From an uncultured Gemmatimonadales bacterium (GTDB lineage: Bacteria; Gemmatimonadota; Gemmatimonadetes; Gemmatimonadales; GWC2-71-9): DNA of 64,000 bases. Of this stretch, positions 37,134 to 46,011 are shown piece after piece (within the stretch, counting starts at the first letter, position 1; every line of letters begins with the position of its first letter). The stretch is taken from contig CAWCFX010000004.1 of NCBI GenBank assembly GCA_963795085.1, positions 448,001-512,000 of the forward strand. The letters are read 5' to 3'. Below the pieces are notes generated by a model. That model was not told the DNA's origin, did not search any database, and saw only the letters and a program-made list of their open reading frames with translations. Both the position numbers and the translations under genes were made by a program.

Positions 37134-39850
37134 CTGGGCCTATAGCGCGTCTCACGACAGCCCTGGCCGACCGCTATCGACTCGAGCGGGAGCTGGGCGC
37201 CGGCGGCATGGCCACGGTCTACCTCGCCCACGATCTTAAGCACGACCGGAAGGTGGCCATCAAGGTCCTCCGGCCGGAGCTGGCCGCCGTCATCGGGGCG
37301 GACCGCTTTCTTTCCGAAATCAAGACCACGGCCAATCTGCAGCATCCTCATATCCTGCCGCTGCATGATTCGGGAGCGGCCGATTCTTTCCTTTATTACG
37401 TGATGCCGTTCATCGAGGGCGAGTCCCTCCGCGACCGGCTCACCCGGGAGAAGCAACTCCCGGTGAACGACGCGGTCCGGATCGCCACCGAGGTGGCGGG
37501 AGCCCTGGATTACGCCCATCGTCACCACGTCATCCACCGGGACATCAAACCCGAGAACATCCTGCTCCACGACGGCCGGGCCCTGGTCGCCGATTTCGGC
37601 ATCGCGCTGGCCGCCAGCAAGGCCGGCGGCAGCCGGATGACCGAGACCGGCGTGAGTCTCGGCACTCCACAGTACATGTCGCCGGAGCAGGCGATGGGCG
37701 AGCGGGTGATCGGTCCGCCAAGCGATGTATACGCGCTGGGAGCGGTCACCTATGAAATGCTCACCGGTGAACCGCCCTTCAGCGGTCCGTCGGCGCAGGC
37801 CATTCTCGCCAAGATCATGACGGCGGAACCGGCCGAGATTACTTCGCTGCGGAGGACCGTACCGATCCACGTAGCCGATGCGGTGCATACGGCGCTCCAG
37901 AAACTGCCGGCCGATCGGTTCTCCAGCGCCTCCGCCTTCGCCGATGCGCTGGGAAACTCCACCCCGGGGCGCACTCGGGTCAACGGAATGCGGGTGGCAG
38001 AACGGTCAGGCCGCCGAGGCATTCGACCTCCGATCGTCGCCGCCATCGCCGCGGCAGGTCTGTTCGCCGGAATCGCCGCTGCGGGGTTCTTCCAGGGCGA
38101 CGACGGATCGCGCCTGCCCGCCATGCGCTTGATGATGCAGTTCCCCGCCGGGCAGGAGTTCCGGGCCGGACGAACTCCCGTGATTACCGCGGCGCCGGAC
38201 GGCTCAGGCGTCCTGTATAACGGGCCGGGGGTGACGACACGGACCCAGTTCTGGTTTCGACCATGGAACCGGATCACCGGTGAGCGGCTCTCCCGCTCGC
38301 TCGATGAAGCATGCTGTGCCACCTATTCGCCGTCGGGGGACACGATTGCCTACCTGTCGGCTCCCCGCCAGCTCAATATCCTCCCGCTGACTGGTGGTCT
38401 CCCGGGCACCCTTCCTGACAGCGGCCTCCTCTCAGTGACCGACTGGTTCGGCGGCCTGGATTGGGCGGACGATGGCTGGCTGTATGCGGCAGGAATTGAG
38501 GGGTTGATCCGGATCGAGCCGCGCACCCGGAAGGTGGAGTTGCTGGCCCCGCACGATTCCGCCCGGGGTGACGTGGCGTTCCTCTGGCCCGAGGTTCTTC
38601 CCGGCGGGAAGGGAGTCATCGTTACTGTGCCTGACCGCGCGTCCACCACCGACCCCGAGCGCGCTTCGATCGGCATTGCCAACCTTTCATCCGGGCGGGT
38701 CGACATCATCCTCCAGGGTGTCCGGGCCATCTACTCGCCCACCGGGCATCTCATTGTGGTCAAGCCCAATGGTGTGCTGTGGGCGGTGCCGTTCGACGTA
38801 GCTTCGCTCCAGGTGAAGGGAACCGCGCGGGAATTGGCCGACACGCTGTCGGTCCGGTCAGGAAGTGCGGCCCCCGGGGTGGCAGATCTCGCGCTCGACC
38901 GGAACGGAACGCTGACCTATGTCGCGGGAGGCATCGCCTCCTATCGGGTGGTGTGGGTGGATCGATCGGGCGACTGGCAGCCCTTCGGTGACAGCCTTCA
39001 TTTCCCTGCGATAGTTGGGATCGCCCTGTCCGCTGACGGGAAACGTCTGGCCGTCGGACTCGCGACTGAGGGTCGCAATGTGGATCTTTGGGTCCAGCCG
39101 GTCGCCGGGGGGCCCCGGGTGCGCCGGACATTCGATGGCGTTTATATCCGTCCTCGCTGGCGGCCGCGCAGCAGCAGCATCTCGTTTGTCGGCCGCCACG
39201 ATTCAACCGTTGGCGTGGGGTTCCACCTCTTCGAAGCGGATGTTCGGTGGGAAGGCGAGATCCGCCGGCTGGCCGATGTCGAGTCCCGTCACATCGGCGG
39301 TCACTCCTGGTCTCCTGACGGGCAGTGGTTGATCTACCGCACGGATGACCAGGAACCCGGCAATGGGGATATCATGGCGATACGCCCCGGCCTGGACAGG
39401 GCACCTCGTCCATTGGTTGCTACGCCGGCGGAAGAACTTGCACCAGCCGTTTCTCCTGATGGTCGCTGGCTGGCATATACGTCAAACGAATCCGGCAGGC
39501 GGGAAGTCTATGTGCGACCTTTTCCCGCCACCAGCGAAGCACGATACCAAGTCTCAACAGCGGGAGGGGTTACTCCGGTCTGGAGTCCCACCGGGAGGGA
39601 GCTGTTTTTCCTTGACGCATCCCAGAACATGGTAGCCATGCCGGTCGCGCCCGGCCCCGGGTTCCGGACCGGCTCACCCCAAGTGCTCTTCTCCGCTACG
39701 GGATACTTCAGCCAGGTCTACCAGCAGATGTTTGATGTTTCCTCCGACGGGCAGCAGTTTGTCATGATCCGGGCCGAAGCTCGTGAGCAAGGCGTTGTGG
39801 TAGTGACGGGTTTTCTCGATGACCTCAAGCACCGAATGGCGGACCGATGA
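37130..39850 (+). CDS. K9: Ser/Thr kinase + TM + propeller (sensor paralogous to K4)
   Basis: Intact kinase motifs. The C-terminus is colinear with K4 (DEACCATYSPSGDTIAYLSAPR, HDSARGDVAFLWP). Confidence 0.93.
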   Translation: MTGPIARLTTALADRYRLERELGAGGMATVYLAHDLKHDRKVAIKVLRPELAAVIGADRFLSEIKTTANLQHPHILPLHDSGAADSFLYYVMPFIEGESLRDRLTREKQLPVNDAVRIATEVAGALDYAHRHHVIHRDIKPENILLHDGRALVADFGIALAASKAGGSRMTETGVSLGTPQYMSPEQAMGERVIGPPSDVYALGAVTYEMLTGEPPFSGPSAQAILAKIMTAEPAEITSLRRTVPIHVADAVHTALQKLPADRFSSASAFADALGNSTPGRTRVNGMRVAERSGRRGIRPPIVAAIAAAGLFAGIAAAGFFQGDDGSRLPAMRLMMQFPAGQEFRAGRTPVITAAPDGSGVLYNGPGVTTRTQFWFRPWNRITGERLSRSLDEACCATYSPSGDTIAYLSAPRQLNILPLTGGLPGTLPDSGLLSVTDWFGGLDWADDGWLYAAGIEGLIRIEPRTRKVELLAPHDSARGDVAFLWPEVLPGGKGVIVTVPDRASTTDPERASIGIANLSSGRVDIILQGVRAIYSPTGHLIVVKPNGVLWAVPFDVASLQVKGTARELADTLSVRSGSAAPGVADLALDRNGTLTYVAGGIASYRVVWVDRSGDWQPFGDSLHFPAIVGIALSADGKRLAVGLATEGRNVDLWVQPVAGGPRVRRTFDGVYIRPRWRPRSSSISFVGRHDSTVGVGFHLFEADVRWEGEIRRLADVESRHIGGHSWSPDGQWLIYRTDDQEPGNGDIMAIRPGLDRAPRPLVATPAEELAPAVSPDGRWLAYTSNESGRREVYVRPFPATSEARYQVSTAGGVTPVWSPTGRELFFLDASQNMVAMPVAPGPGFRTGSPQVLFSATGYFSQVYQQMFDVSSDGQQFVMIRAEAREQGVVVVTGFLDDLKHRMADR

Positions 39851-42501
39851 GCGTGGTTCCTTCCCGTCTGGCCGAGGCTCTTAGCCGTAGCTACCGGATC
39901 GAGCGGGAGCTCGGCGCTGGCGGCATGGCCACGGTATACCTGGCGCAGGACCTGAAGCACGACCGGAAGGTGGCCATCAAGGTACTCCGGCCCGAGCTGG
40001 CTGCCGTCATCGGGGCGGATCGGTTTCTCTCCGAGATCAAGACCACGGCCAACCTGCAGCACCCGCATATCCTGCCGCTGCACGATTCGGGAGCGGCCGA
40101 TTCTTTCCTGTATTACGTCATGCCGTTCATCGAGGGCGAGTCCCTCCGCGACCGGCTTACCCGGGAGAAACAGCTCCCGGTGAACGACGCGGTCCGGATC
40201 GCCACCGAGGTGGCGGGAGCCCTGGATTACGCCCATCGTCACAACGTCATCCACCGCGACATCAAGCCCGAGAACATCCTGCTCCACGACGGCCGGGCCC
40301 TGGTGGCAGACTTCGGGATCGCCCTGGCCGCGAGCAAGGCCGGCGGCACCCGGATGACCGAGACCGGGATGTCGCTGGGGACGCCGCACTACATGAGTCC
40401 CGAGCAAGCGATGGGCGAGCGGGAGATTACCGCGCGCTCCGACGTCTACGCCCTCGGCGCCGTCACCTACGAGCTGCTGCTGGGGGAGCCGCCCTTCACG
40501 GGACCCACCGCCCAGGCCATCGTCGCCAAGGTGATGACCGCCGAGCCGGTGACCATCACCGGCCAGCGAAGAACGGTCCCCCCGCATGTAGAGGCGGCGG
40601 TGTTCACCGCACTGGAGAAGCTTCCGGCGGACCGGTTTGCCAGCGCGGCCGAGTTTGCCCAGGCGCTGGCCGGTGGGGTGAGCACGACCACTCGCACCGG
40701 CTCTCGCGGTGCCCCCAGGTCAAAGGCGAGCGCCGGTCCCTGGCGCGCGATCAGCGCGGCACTCGGTGCGGTGCTCCTGGCTCTCCTCGGCATCGTCGGC
40801 TGGAACATGACCCACCGCTCCTCCGCCGGGGGACCCAGCGTCTACGATGCGGCGCTCCCGGTCGACGCTCCCATGACCTTCGCCTTCACCGCAGCGGCGA
40901 ATACGTATGGGACTCCGCTTCGGAATCTTTCGGTCGCGAGGAACGGGGATTTCGCGGTGTACGTCGCCCCGCGAGGCGACTCCACCGTGCTGTGGTACCG
41001 CAGCCTCCGGGATGCCACCGTCCGGCCCATCCCCGGAACCGTCGGGGCCACGGCACCACGGATCTCTCCCGACGGGAACCGGGTTGCCTACTTCGTCGGC
41101 GGAATGGTGATGGTGTCCCCCGTCGCCGGTGGAGAGGCCAGGCGGCTCTTCACCGGGCAGGCGGGGTCGGCCCTCAACTGGCTGTCCGGGGATACCCTGC
41201 TCGCCCTGCACCAGGACGGGACCCGCATCGTCTGGCTCGATCCCGAGGCTGGCCCGATCAAGGAGGGGTCGATGCAGACCCGCTGCCCCTTCGGCCGATG
41301 GATCGCCGAACGAAGGGCATTGTTGTGCGACTGGAATATCGTTTCCTACTATGTCGATCCCGAGACCGGTATGCGGAGCAACGACCTGCGGATCCGGGGG
41401 GCGGGCGGTCGGGCGGGTGCGCTCCTTCACGGCAGCAGTGCACGGGTTATTGACGGGCGCTACCTGGTCTACCTCGCGGCAGACGGAGACCTTCGCGCCG
41501 CACCGTACGATATTGAAACCGACCTGGTGGGGCGCTCGGTCTCGCTGGTGCGGGGGATCCGGCGCGAGGGGGTAGGCGAGGGCCAATTCGAGGTCACCAG
41601 CGAAGGCGCCCTGGTCTATGCGCCAGGCAAGGACGCGACGGTGGGTCGCCTCGTTCGCCTCCGGGCCGGCGGCGTTCCGGAACCCCTGCCGGTGCCGGAG
41701 GCAACCTATCAGCGCTATGATCTCAGCCCGGACGGGCGCTGGCTTGCCGCCGCGGTCCTAGCGGCCGCGGGGCAGGAGCTCCGAGTCTACGATCTTCGGG
41801 ATGGCCAGCAGCAGATTTGGCTCCGCGCCGACCTGATCCGGCATCCGCTCTGGGGACCGGCGGGGGGTGACCTCGTCGTGAGCGTGCGGGACTCCAACCG
41901 GTGGTCGCTGCTTGCCGGATCGCTGACCCTGGGCCGACTGAAGGACACCCTGTTCACCACCGATTCAGCCAACGCCCTCGACGCGGTCGATTTCCACTCC
42001 GCCGACGATATCATCCTCCAGCACTGGGAACGGTCGGCCGTCTTTCGCCTGAACCCCCAGGCCCCGAACGGCGGACCCCGCCCCATCTTCAACGAAGACG
42101 CCCGGTTTGCTTCGGTGTCTCCCGATGGGAAGCACCTGGCATATCAGACAACGGAGGGCAACCGGATCATGATCACGTCGTATCCGGTAGCGGGACGACG
42201 GTGGCAGGCGGCAACGGAAGGGGCTGAGCCATTCTGGCTTTCGTCGAACACGGTCATTTATCGCTCCGGCATCTCGTGGTATCAGGTGCGAATCGACCCG
42301 GTGACTGGTGAGCCCAGCGGGCCCGGCACGCTCTGGGCCCGGGATCCCCGGTTCTCCGATACCTCCGGCTGGTCCAACCGGCCGTCGCATGACGGCGGGA
42401 TCATCTACGTCCAGGCGCCGGCGGAAACCAGCGCGGGCTACCTTCGGGTGATTCCCGACTGGGTGACCCAGATGAAGGCCGCCGTGGACGCGGCGAACTG
42501 A
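39847..42501 (+). CDS. K10: Ser/Thr kinase + TM + divergent propeller
   Basis: Intact kinase motifs. TM AISAALGAVLLALLGIVGW. ISPDG/LSPDG/VSPDG repeats. ATGA overlap with K9. Confidence 0.92.
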   Translation: MSVVPSRLAEALSRSYRIERELGAGGMATVYLAQDLKHDRKVAIKVLRPELAAVIGADRFLSEIKTTANLQHPHILPLHDSGAADSFLYYVMPFIEGESLRDRLTREKQLPVNDAVRIATEVAGALDYAHRHNVIHRDIKPENILLHDGRALVADFGIALAASKAGGTRMTETGMSLGTPHYMSPEQAMGEREITARSDVYALGAVTYELLLGEPPFTGPTAQAIVAKVMTAEPVTITGQRRTVPPHVEAAVFTALEKLPADRFASAAEFAQALAGGVSTTTRTGSRGAPRSKASAGPWRAISAALGAVLLALLGIVGWNMTHRSSAGGPSVYDAALPVDAPMTFAFTAAANTYGTPLRNLSVARNGDFAVYVAPRGDSTVLWYRSLRDATVRPIPGTVGATAPRISPDGNRVAYFVGGMVMVSPVAGGEARRLFTGQAGSALNWLSGDTLLALHQDGTRIVWLDPEAGPIKEGSMQTRCPFGRWIAERRALLCDWNIVSYYVDPETGMRSNDLRIRGAGGRAGALLHGSSARVIDGRYLVYLAADGDLRAAPYDIETDLVGRSVSLVRGIRREGVGEGQFEVTSEGALVYAPGKDATVGRLVRLRAGGVPEPLPVPEATYQRYDLSPDGRWLAAAVLAAAGQELRVYDLRDGQQQIWLRADLIRHPLWGPAGGDLVVSVRDSNRWSLLAGSLTLGRLKDTLFTTDSANALDAVDFHSADDIILQHWERSAVFRLNPQAPNGGPRPIFNEDARFASVSPDGKHLAYQTTEGNRIMITSYPVAGRRWQAATEGAEPFWLSSNTVIYRSGISWYQVRIDPVTGEPSGPGTLWARDPRFSDTSGWSNRPSHDGGIIYVQAPAETSAGYLRVIPDWVTQMKAAVDAAN

Positions 42502-42506
42502 GCGCC

Positions 42507-43241
42507 TTACTCCAGCACCAGGCCGATATCAAACACGCCCCGATACCCGGCCCCGTCGCGCTGGACATCCAGCACCAGCTCCGCCCCCCGCTCCCGGCGG
42601 AAGATGCCGTCACCCGGGTTCCGGGTCCGCGGCTGGCGGTTGCCGGCGTAGGGCGTGGCGGCAAGGACCTGGTCGGATGCCGTGTCGTCGAAGTAGAGCT
42701 GGGAAGTGAAATCGTAGCCCCGCTGCCCGGCCGGGTCGGTCCGGAGCTTGAAGTGAATGTGCACCGTGCGACCCTGGTACCAACCCGGGTAAATCGTCCG
42801 GAAGGCGGCCCGCCCGTCGGCCCCGGTCCGCTGGTGTCCCCGAAGGAACTGTTGCCCAGTGGTGTCGAAGAACCCGTTAATATCCTTCACACCCGAGTAC
42901 ACCCCCGCGGCATCACACTGCCAGACGTCCACCAGGACGCCGGGCAGAGGTGCGCAGGTCGTTCCACTGATCCGGGACACCTGGAAGGCCAGCGCCAGCG
43001 GGACACCCTCCGGGATCCTTCCACTGGCCGGGTCGGCCCGGATGTCCGACCGGTCGAGCATGGTGTCCACGAAGTAGGGCCCCTCGGTCTGCGCCGGCCG
43101 GACGACGCATGCCGGCAGCTTCCCGCCCGGAGGCCGGACCAGCGCACCCCCGGGGATCGCGGCACAGGCCAGCGCGCCGAGGGAGGCGAGGACTTCACGG
43201 CGGCTCAGGACCTGGCCAATGGGGCGGTCGTCGTCGAGCAT
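42507..43241 (-). CDS. Intradiol ring-cleavage dioxygenase-like protein, probably Tat-exported
   Basis: Start reassigned to ATG 43241 (GGAGA SD). SRREVL twin-arginine motif, then EGPYF, VDVWQCDAAGVYS and TIYPGWYQGRTVHIHFK. Confidence 0.85.
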   Translation of the reverse strand: MLDDDRPIGQVLSRREVLASLGALACAAIPGGALVRPPGGKLPACVVRPAQTEGPYFVDTMLDRSDIRADPASGRIPEGVPLALAFQVSRISGTTCAPLPGVLVDVWQCDAAGVYSGVKDINGFFDTTGQQFLRGHQRTGADGRAAFRTIYPGWYQGRTVHIHFKLRTDPAGQRGYDFTSQLYFDDTASDQVLAATPYAGNRQPRTRNPGDGIFRRERGAELVLDVQRDGAGYRGVFDIGLVLE

Positions 43242-43331
43242 GAGTTCTCCGGCCAGAGTAAGGGGAGGACTGCTACTCCCAAGGTAAGGTTCGCCGTCGC
43301 TCTGCGCATCTCGCACCTCTAAGGAGACCGG

Positions 43332-43364
43332 ATGTCCCCCGATCTTTTGCCGGACCAGCCATGA
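43332..43364 (+). other. Putative leader ORF (10 aa) with strong SD, overlapping the K11 start
   Basis: AAGGAG (43321-43326), 5 nt, ATG. MSPDLLPDQP*, TGA overlaps ATG 43361. Confidence 0.5.
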
Positions 43365-45970
43365 CCACGGCGCTTGCCCAGGCGCTGGGCGACCGCTACC
43401 GGCTGGAGCGGAAGGTGGGCGAGGGCGGCATGGCCACGGTCTATCTCGCCCAGGACCTCAGGCACGACCGCCGGGTCGCCATCAAGGTGCTGCGTCCCGA
43501 GCTGGCCGCCGTCATCGGCGCGCAGCGGTTCCTCTCCGAAATCAAGACGACCGCGAACCTGCAGCACCCCCACATCCTGGCGCTGCACGATTCCGGAGAA
43601 GCCAGCGGCACGGTGTTCTATGTCATGCCGTACGTCCAGGGCGAATCGCTGCGCGACCGGCTGTCGCGGGAGCACCAGCTGCCCGTGGATGAGGCCGTCC
43701 GCATCGCGCGGGAAGTCGCCGACGCGCTGGACTACGCCCACCGGCATGGGGTGATCCACCGCGACATCAAACCCGAAAACGTCCTGCTCCACGATGGCCG
43801 GGTGCAGGTGGCGGATTTCGGAATTGCGCTGGCGGTGAGCCGCTCCGACGGCGGCTCCCGGATGACCGAGACCGGCATGAGCCTCGGTACGCCGCACTAC
43901 ATGGCGCCGGAGCAGGCCATGGGCGAGCGCGACATAACGCCCAAGGCCGATATCTATGCGCTCGGCTGCATGACCTACGAGATGCTGTGCGGCGAGCCGC
44001 CGTTCACCGGCCCCACGGCCCAGGCCATCATCGCCCGGATGATGACCGAAGAACCGCGCCCGCTCACCATACAGCGCAAGTCGATTCCGCCCCACGTGGA
44101 AGCCGCGGTCCGCACGGCACTGGAGAAGCTGCCGGCCGACCGGATGTCATCGGCCGCCGAGTTCGGCGCGGCGTTGGTGAATCCGGGGTATGTCACCCGG
44201 TCCGGCACCGGGGCCCGCAATGCCGTGACGATCCATGGCCGCGCCCGCGCCGGCCGGCCCTCCGTGATCGCGGTCGTTGCAGCCGTACTGCTGGGCGTGG
44301 GGGGGCTGATCGCCGGGCGCTGGCTGGGGCAGCCTCATCCCGGCCCGCTTCCCGAAGTCCGGTTCACCCTGGCACTTCCCGACACGGCGCGCTACGTGGA
44401 CACCTTCGGCCGCTCCGTGGCGGTCTCTCCGGACGGTCGTCTCCTGGTGTACACCGGCGGAACCGAGGGCCTGCACCGGCTCTTTGCCCGCCGGCTGGAC
44501 GAGCAGGTGCCGGCCGCGCTCGCCGGGACCGAGGGCGGATACATGCCGTTCTTCTCTCCTGATGGCGAGTGGGTCGGCTTCGTCGCCAACCAGCGGCTGA
44601 TGAAGGTTCGCCTCTCGGGCGGCGTCCCGGTGGTGGTGGCGCAGCTGCTGGGCAACGTCGTCGCGGGAGCGACCTGGGGCATCCACGACGATATTGTCCT
44701 GGAGGATGTCTCGGGGCTGGTCCGGGTCAAGGCGGCCGGCGGCCGGCTCGACATGCTGGTTCCCATCGATTCGCAGAACCTGCTCATCGAATGGCCCAGC
44801 TTCCTGCCCGATGGCGAGGCCATCCTGTGTGCCGTCAGCGGAACCGATACCAGGACGCGAATCGGCGTGATCACCGTGGCCGACGGCAAGGTCTCGGTCT
44901 TCGAGGATATCACGGGGAGCGATCCCCGCTTTGTCGCTCCGGGAACGGTGATGTGGTTGTCGCCCGAGGGCGTGATGCTGGCGGCGGCGTTCGACCCGAA
45001 ACGCCGCACCTTCAGCGGCCCGCCATCGCCGGTCATGGAGAACGTGGTCGAAGACTTCCGGGGCGCCAAGGTCGCCCTGGGACCCGGGATCGCCGTGCGG
45101 GTCGAGGGCACGTCGCAGCGGGCCCAGATGCTCCGCTTCGGGCGGGACGGCACCGGGCGCCGCAACGAGATGCGGGGCGCACAGAACTACACGACGCCGC
45201 GCTTCTCGCCCGATGGCCGCCGGGTCGCGTTCGTGAGCAACTTCCTCGGGGGCGAGCTCTGGGTGGCCGACCGGTCCCGGGGCACCCTGCAGCGCCTGGC
45301 GCTCGCCGGGCAGGCGATCGGGCCTGAATGGTCGCGCGATGGACGGCGCCTCGTGTTCGGATATATGACGCGCGCGAGCTCCAGCTGGGATATTCACGCG
45401 ATGTCCGCCGATGGATCGGGCTCGGCGGAACCGCTCATCCAGACGCCGGAGACCGAGTTCCCGGCTGGCTGGGGCGCGGACGGGAGCCTCGCGTTCTGGC
45501 GATCCACCCTGAACCGCGGGGACATTCTCTACCGCGACAGCGGGGGAACGGAGCATCCCTTTGCCAACTCGCCCGCGGATGAACGATCCCCGGTGCTCTC
45601 GCCCGACGGCCGCTGGCTGGCCTATGTCTCGGATGAGTCGGGCCGGCGCGAGGTGTACGTCCGCCCGTTCCCGGCCGGTCCGGGGCGGTGGCAGGTTTCC
45701 AGCGAGGGCGGCATCGAGCCACGCTGGTCCAGGGGCGGGCGGGAAATCATCTATCGCGACCGCGGCTGGCTCCTCGCGGTCTCGCTGACCCCTGGTCCGG
45801 ACCTGGTGGTCGGGCGGGTCGACTCGCTCTTTCGCGGCGCCTTCGCGATCAGCGGAGTCCGGGCCCAGTATGACGTGAGCGGCGATGGCGCGGAGTTCCT
45901 GATGGTGGGGGTGCCGCCGGAATCGCGTACCCTCAGCGTCACGCTCAATCCGGGGGGCCTGCCGCGATGA
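43361..45970 (+). CDS. K11: Ser/Thr kinase + TM + TolB/PD40-like propeller
   Basis: Intact kinase motifs, most similar to K1. TM VIAVVAAVLLGVGGLIA. SPDG repeats. Confidence 0.93.
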   Translation: MTTALAQALGDRYRLERKVGEGGMATVYLAQDLRHDRRVAIKVLRPELAAVIGAQRFLSEIKTTANLQHPHILALHDSGEASGTVFYVMPYVQGESLRDRLSREHQLPVDEAVRIAREVADALDYAHRHGVIHRDIKPENVLLHDGRVQVADFGIALAVSRSDGGSRMTETGMSLGTPHYMAPEQAMGERDITPKADIYALGCMTYEMLCGEPPFTGPTAQAIIARMMTEEPRPLTIQRKSIPPHVEAAVRTALEKLPADRMSSAAEFGAALVNPGYVTRSGTGARNAVTIHGRARAGRPSVIAVVAAVLLGVGGLIAGRWLGQPHPGPLPEVRFTLALPDTARYVDTFGRSVAVSPDGRLLVYTGGTEGLHRLFARRLDEQVPAALAGTEGGYMPFFSPDGEWVGFVANQRLMKVRLSGGVPVVVAQLLGNVVAGATWGIHDDIVLEDVSGLVRVKAAGGRLDMLVPIDSQNLLIEWPSFLPDGEAILCAVSGTDTRTRIGVITVADGKVSVFEDITGSDPRFVAPGTVMWLSPEGVMLAAAFDPKRRTFSGPPSPVMENVVEDFRGAKVALGPGIAVRVEGTSQRAQMLRFGRDGTGRRNEMRGAQNYTTPRFSPDGRRVAFVSNFLGGELWVADRSRGTLQRLALAGQAIGPEWSRDGRRLVFGYMTRASSSWDIHAMSADGSGSAEPLIQTPETEFPAGWGADGSLAFWRSTLNRGDILYRDSGGTEHPFANSPADERSPVLSPDGRWLAYVSDESGRREVYVRPFPAGPGRWQVSSEGGIEPRWSRGGREIIYRDRGWLLAVSLTPGPDLVVGRVDSLFRGAFAISGVRAQYDVSGDGAEFLMVGVPPESRTLSVTLNPGGLPR

Positions 45971-46011
45971 CCCGGCGCATCGTGCCCCCGGGCCTCGGAA
46001 CCGGGCGATGA
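45967..46011 (+). other. Putative relay ORF (14 aa) between K11 and K12
   Basis: MTRRIVPPGLGTGR*, ATGA overlaps at both ends. Confidence 0.4.
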
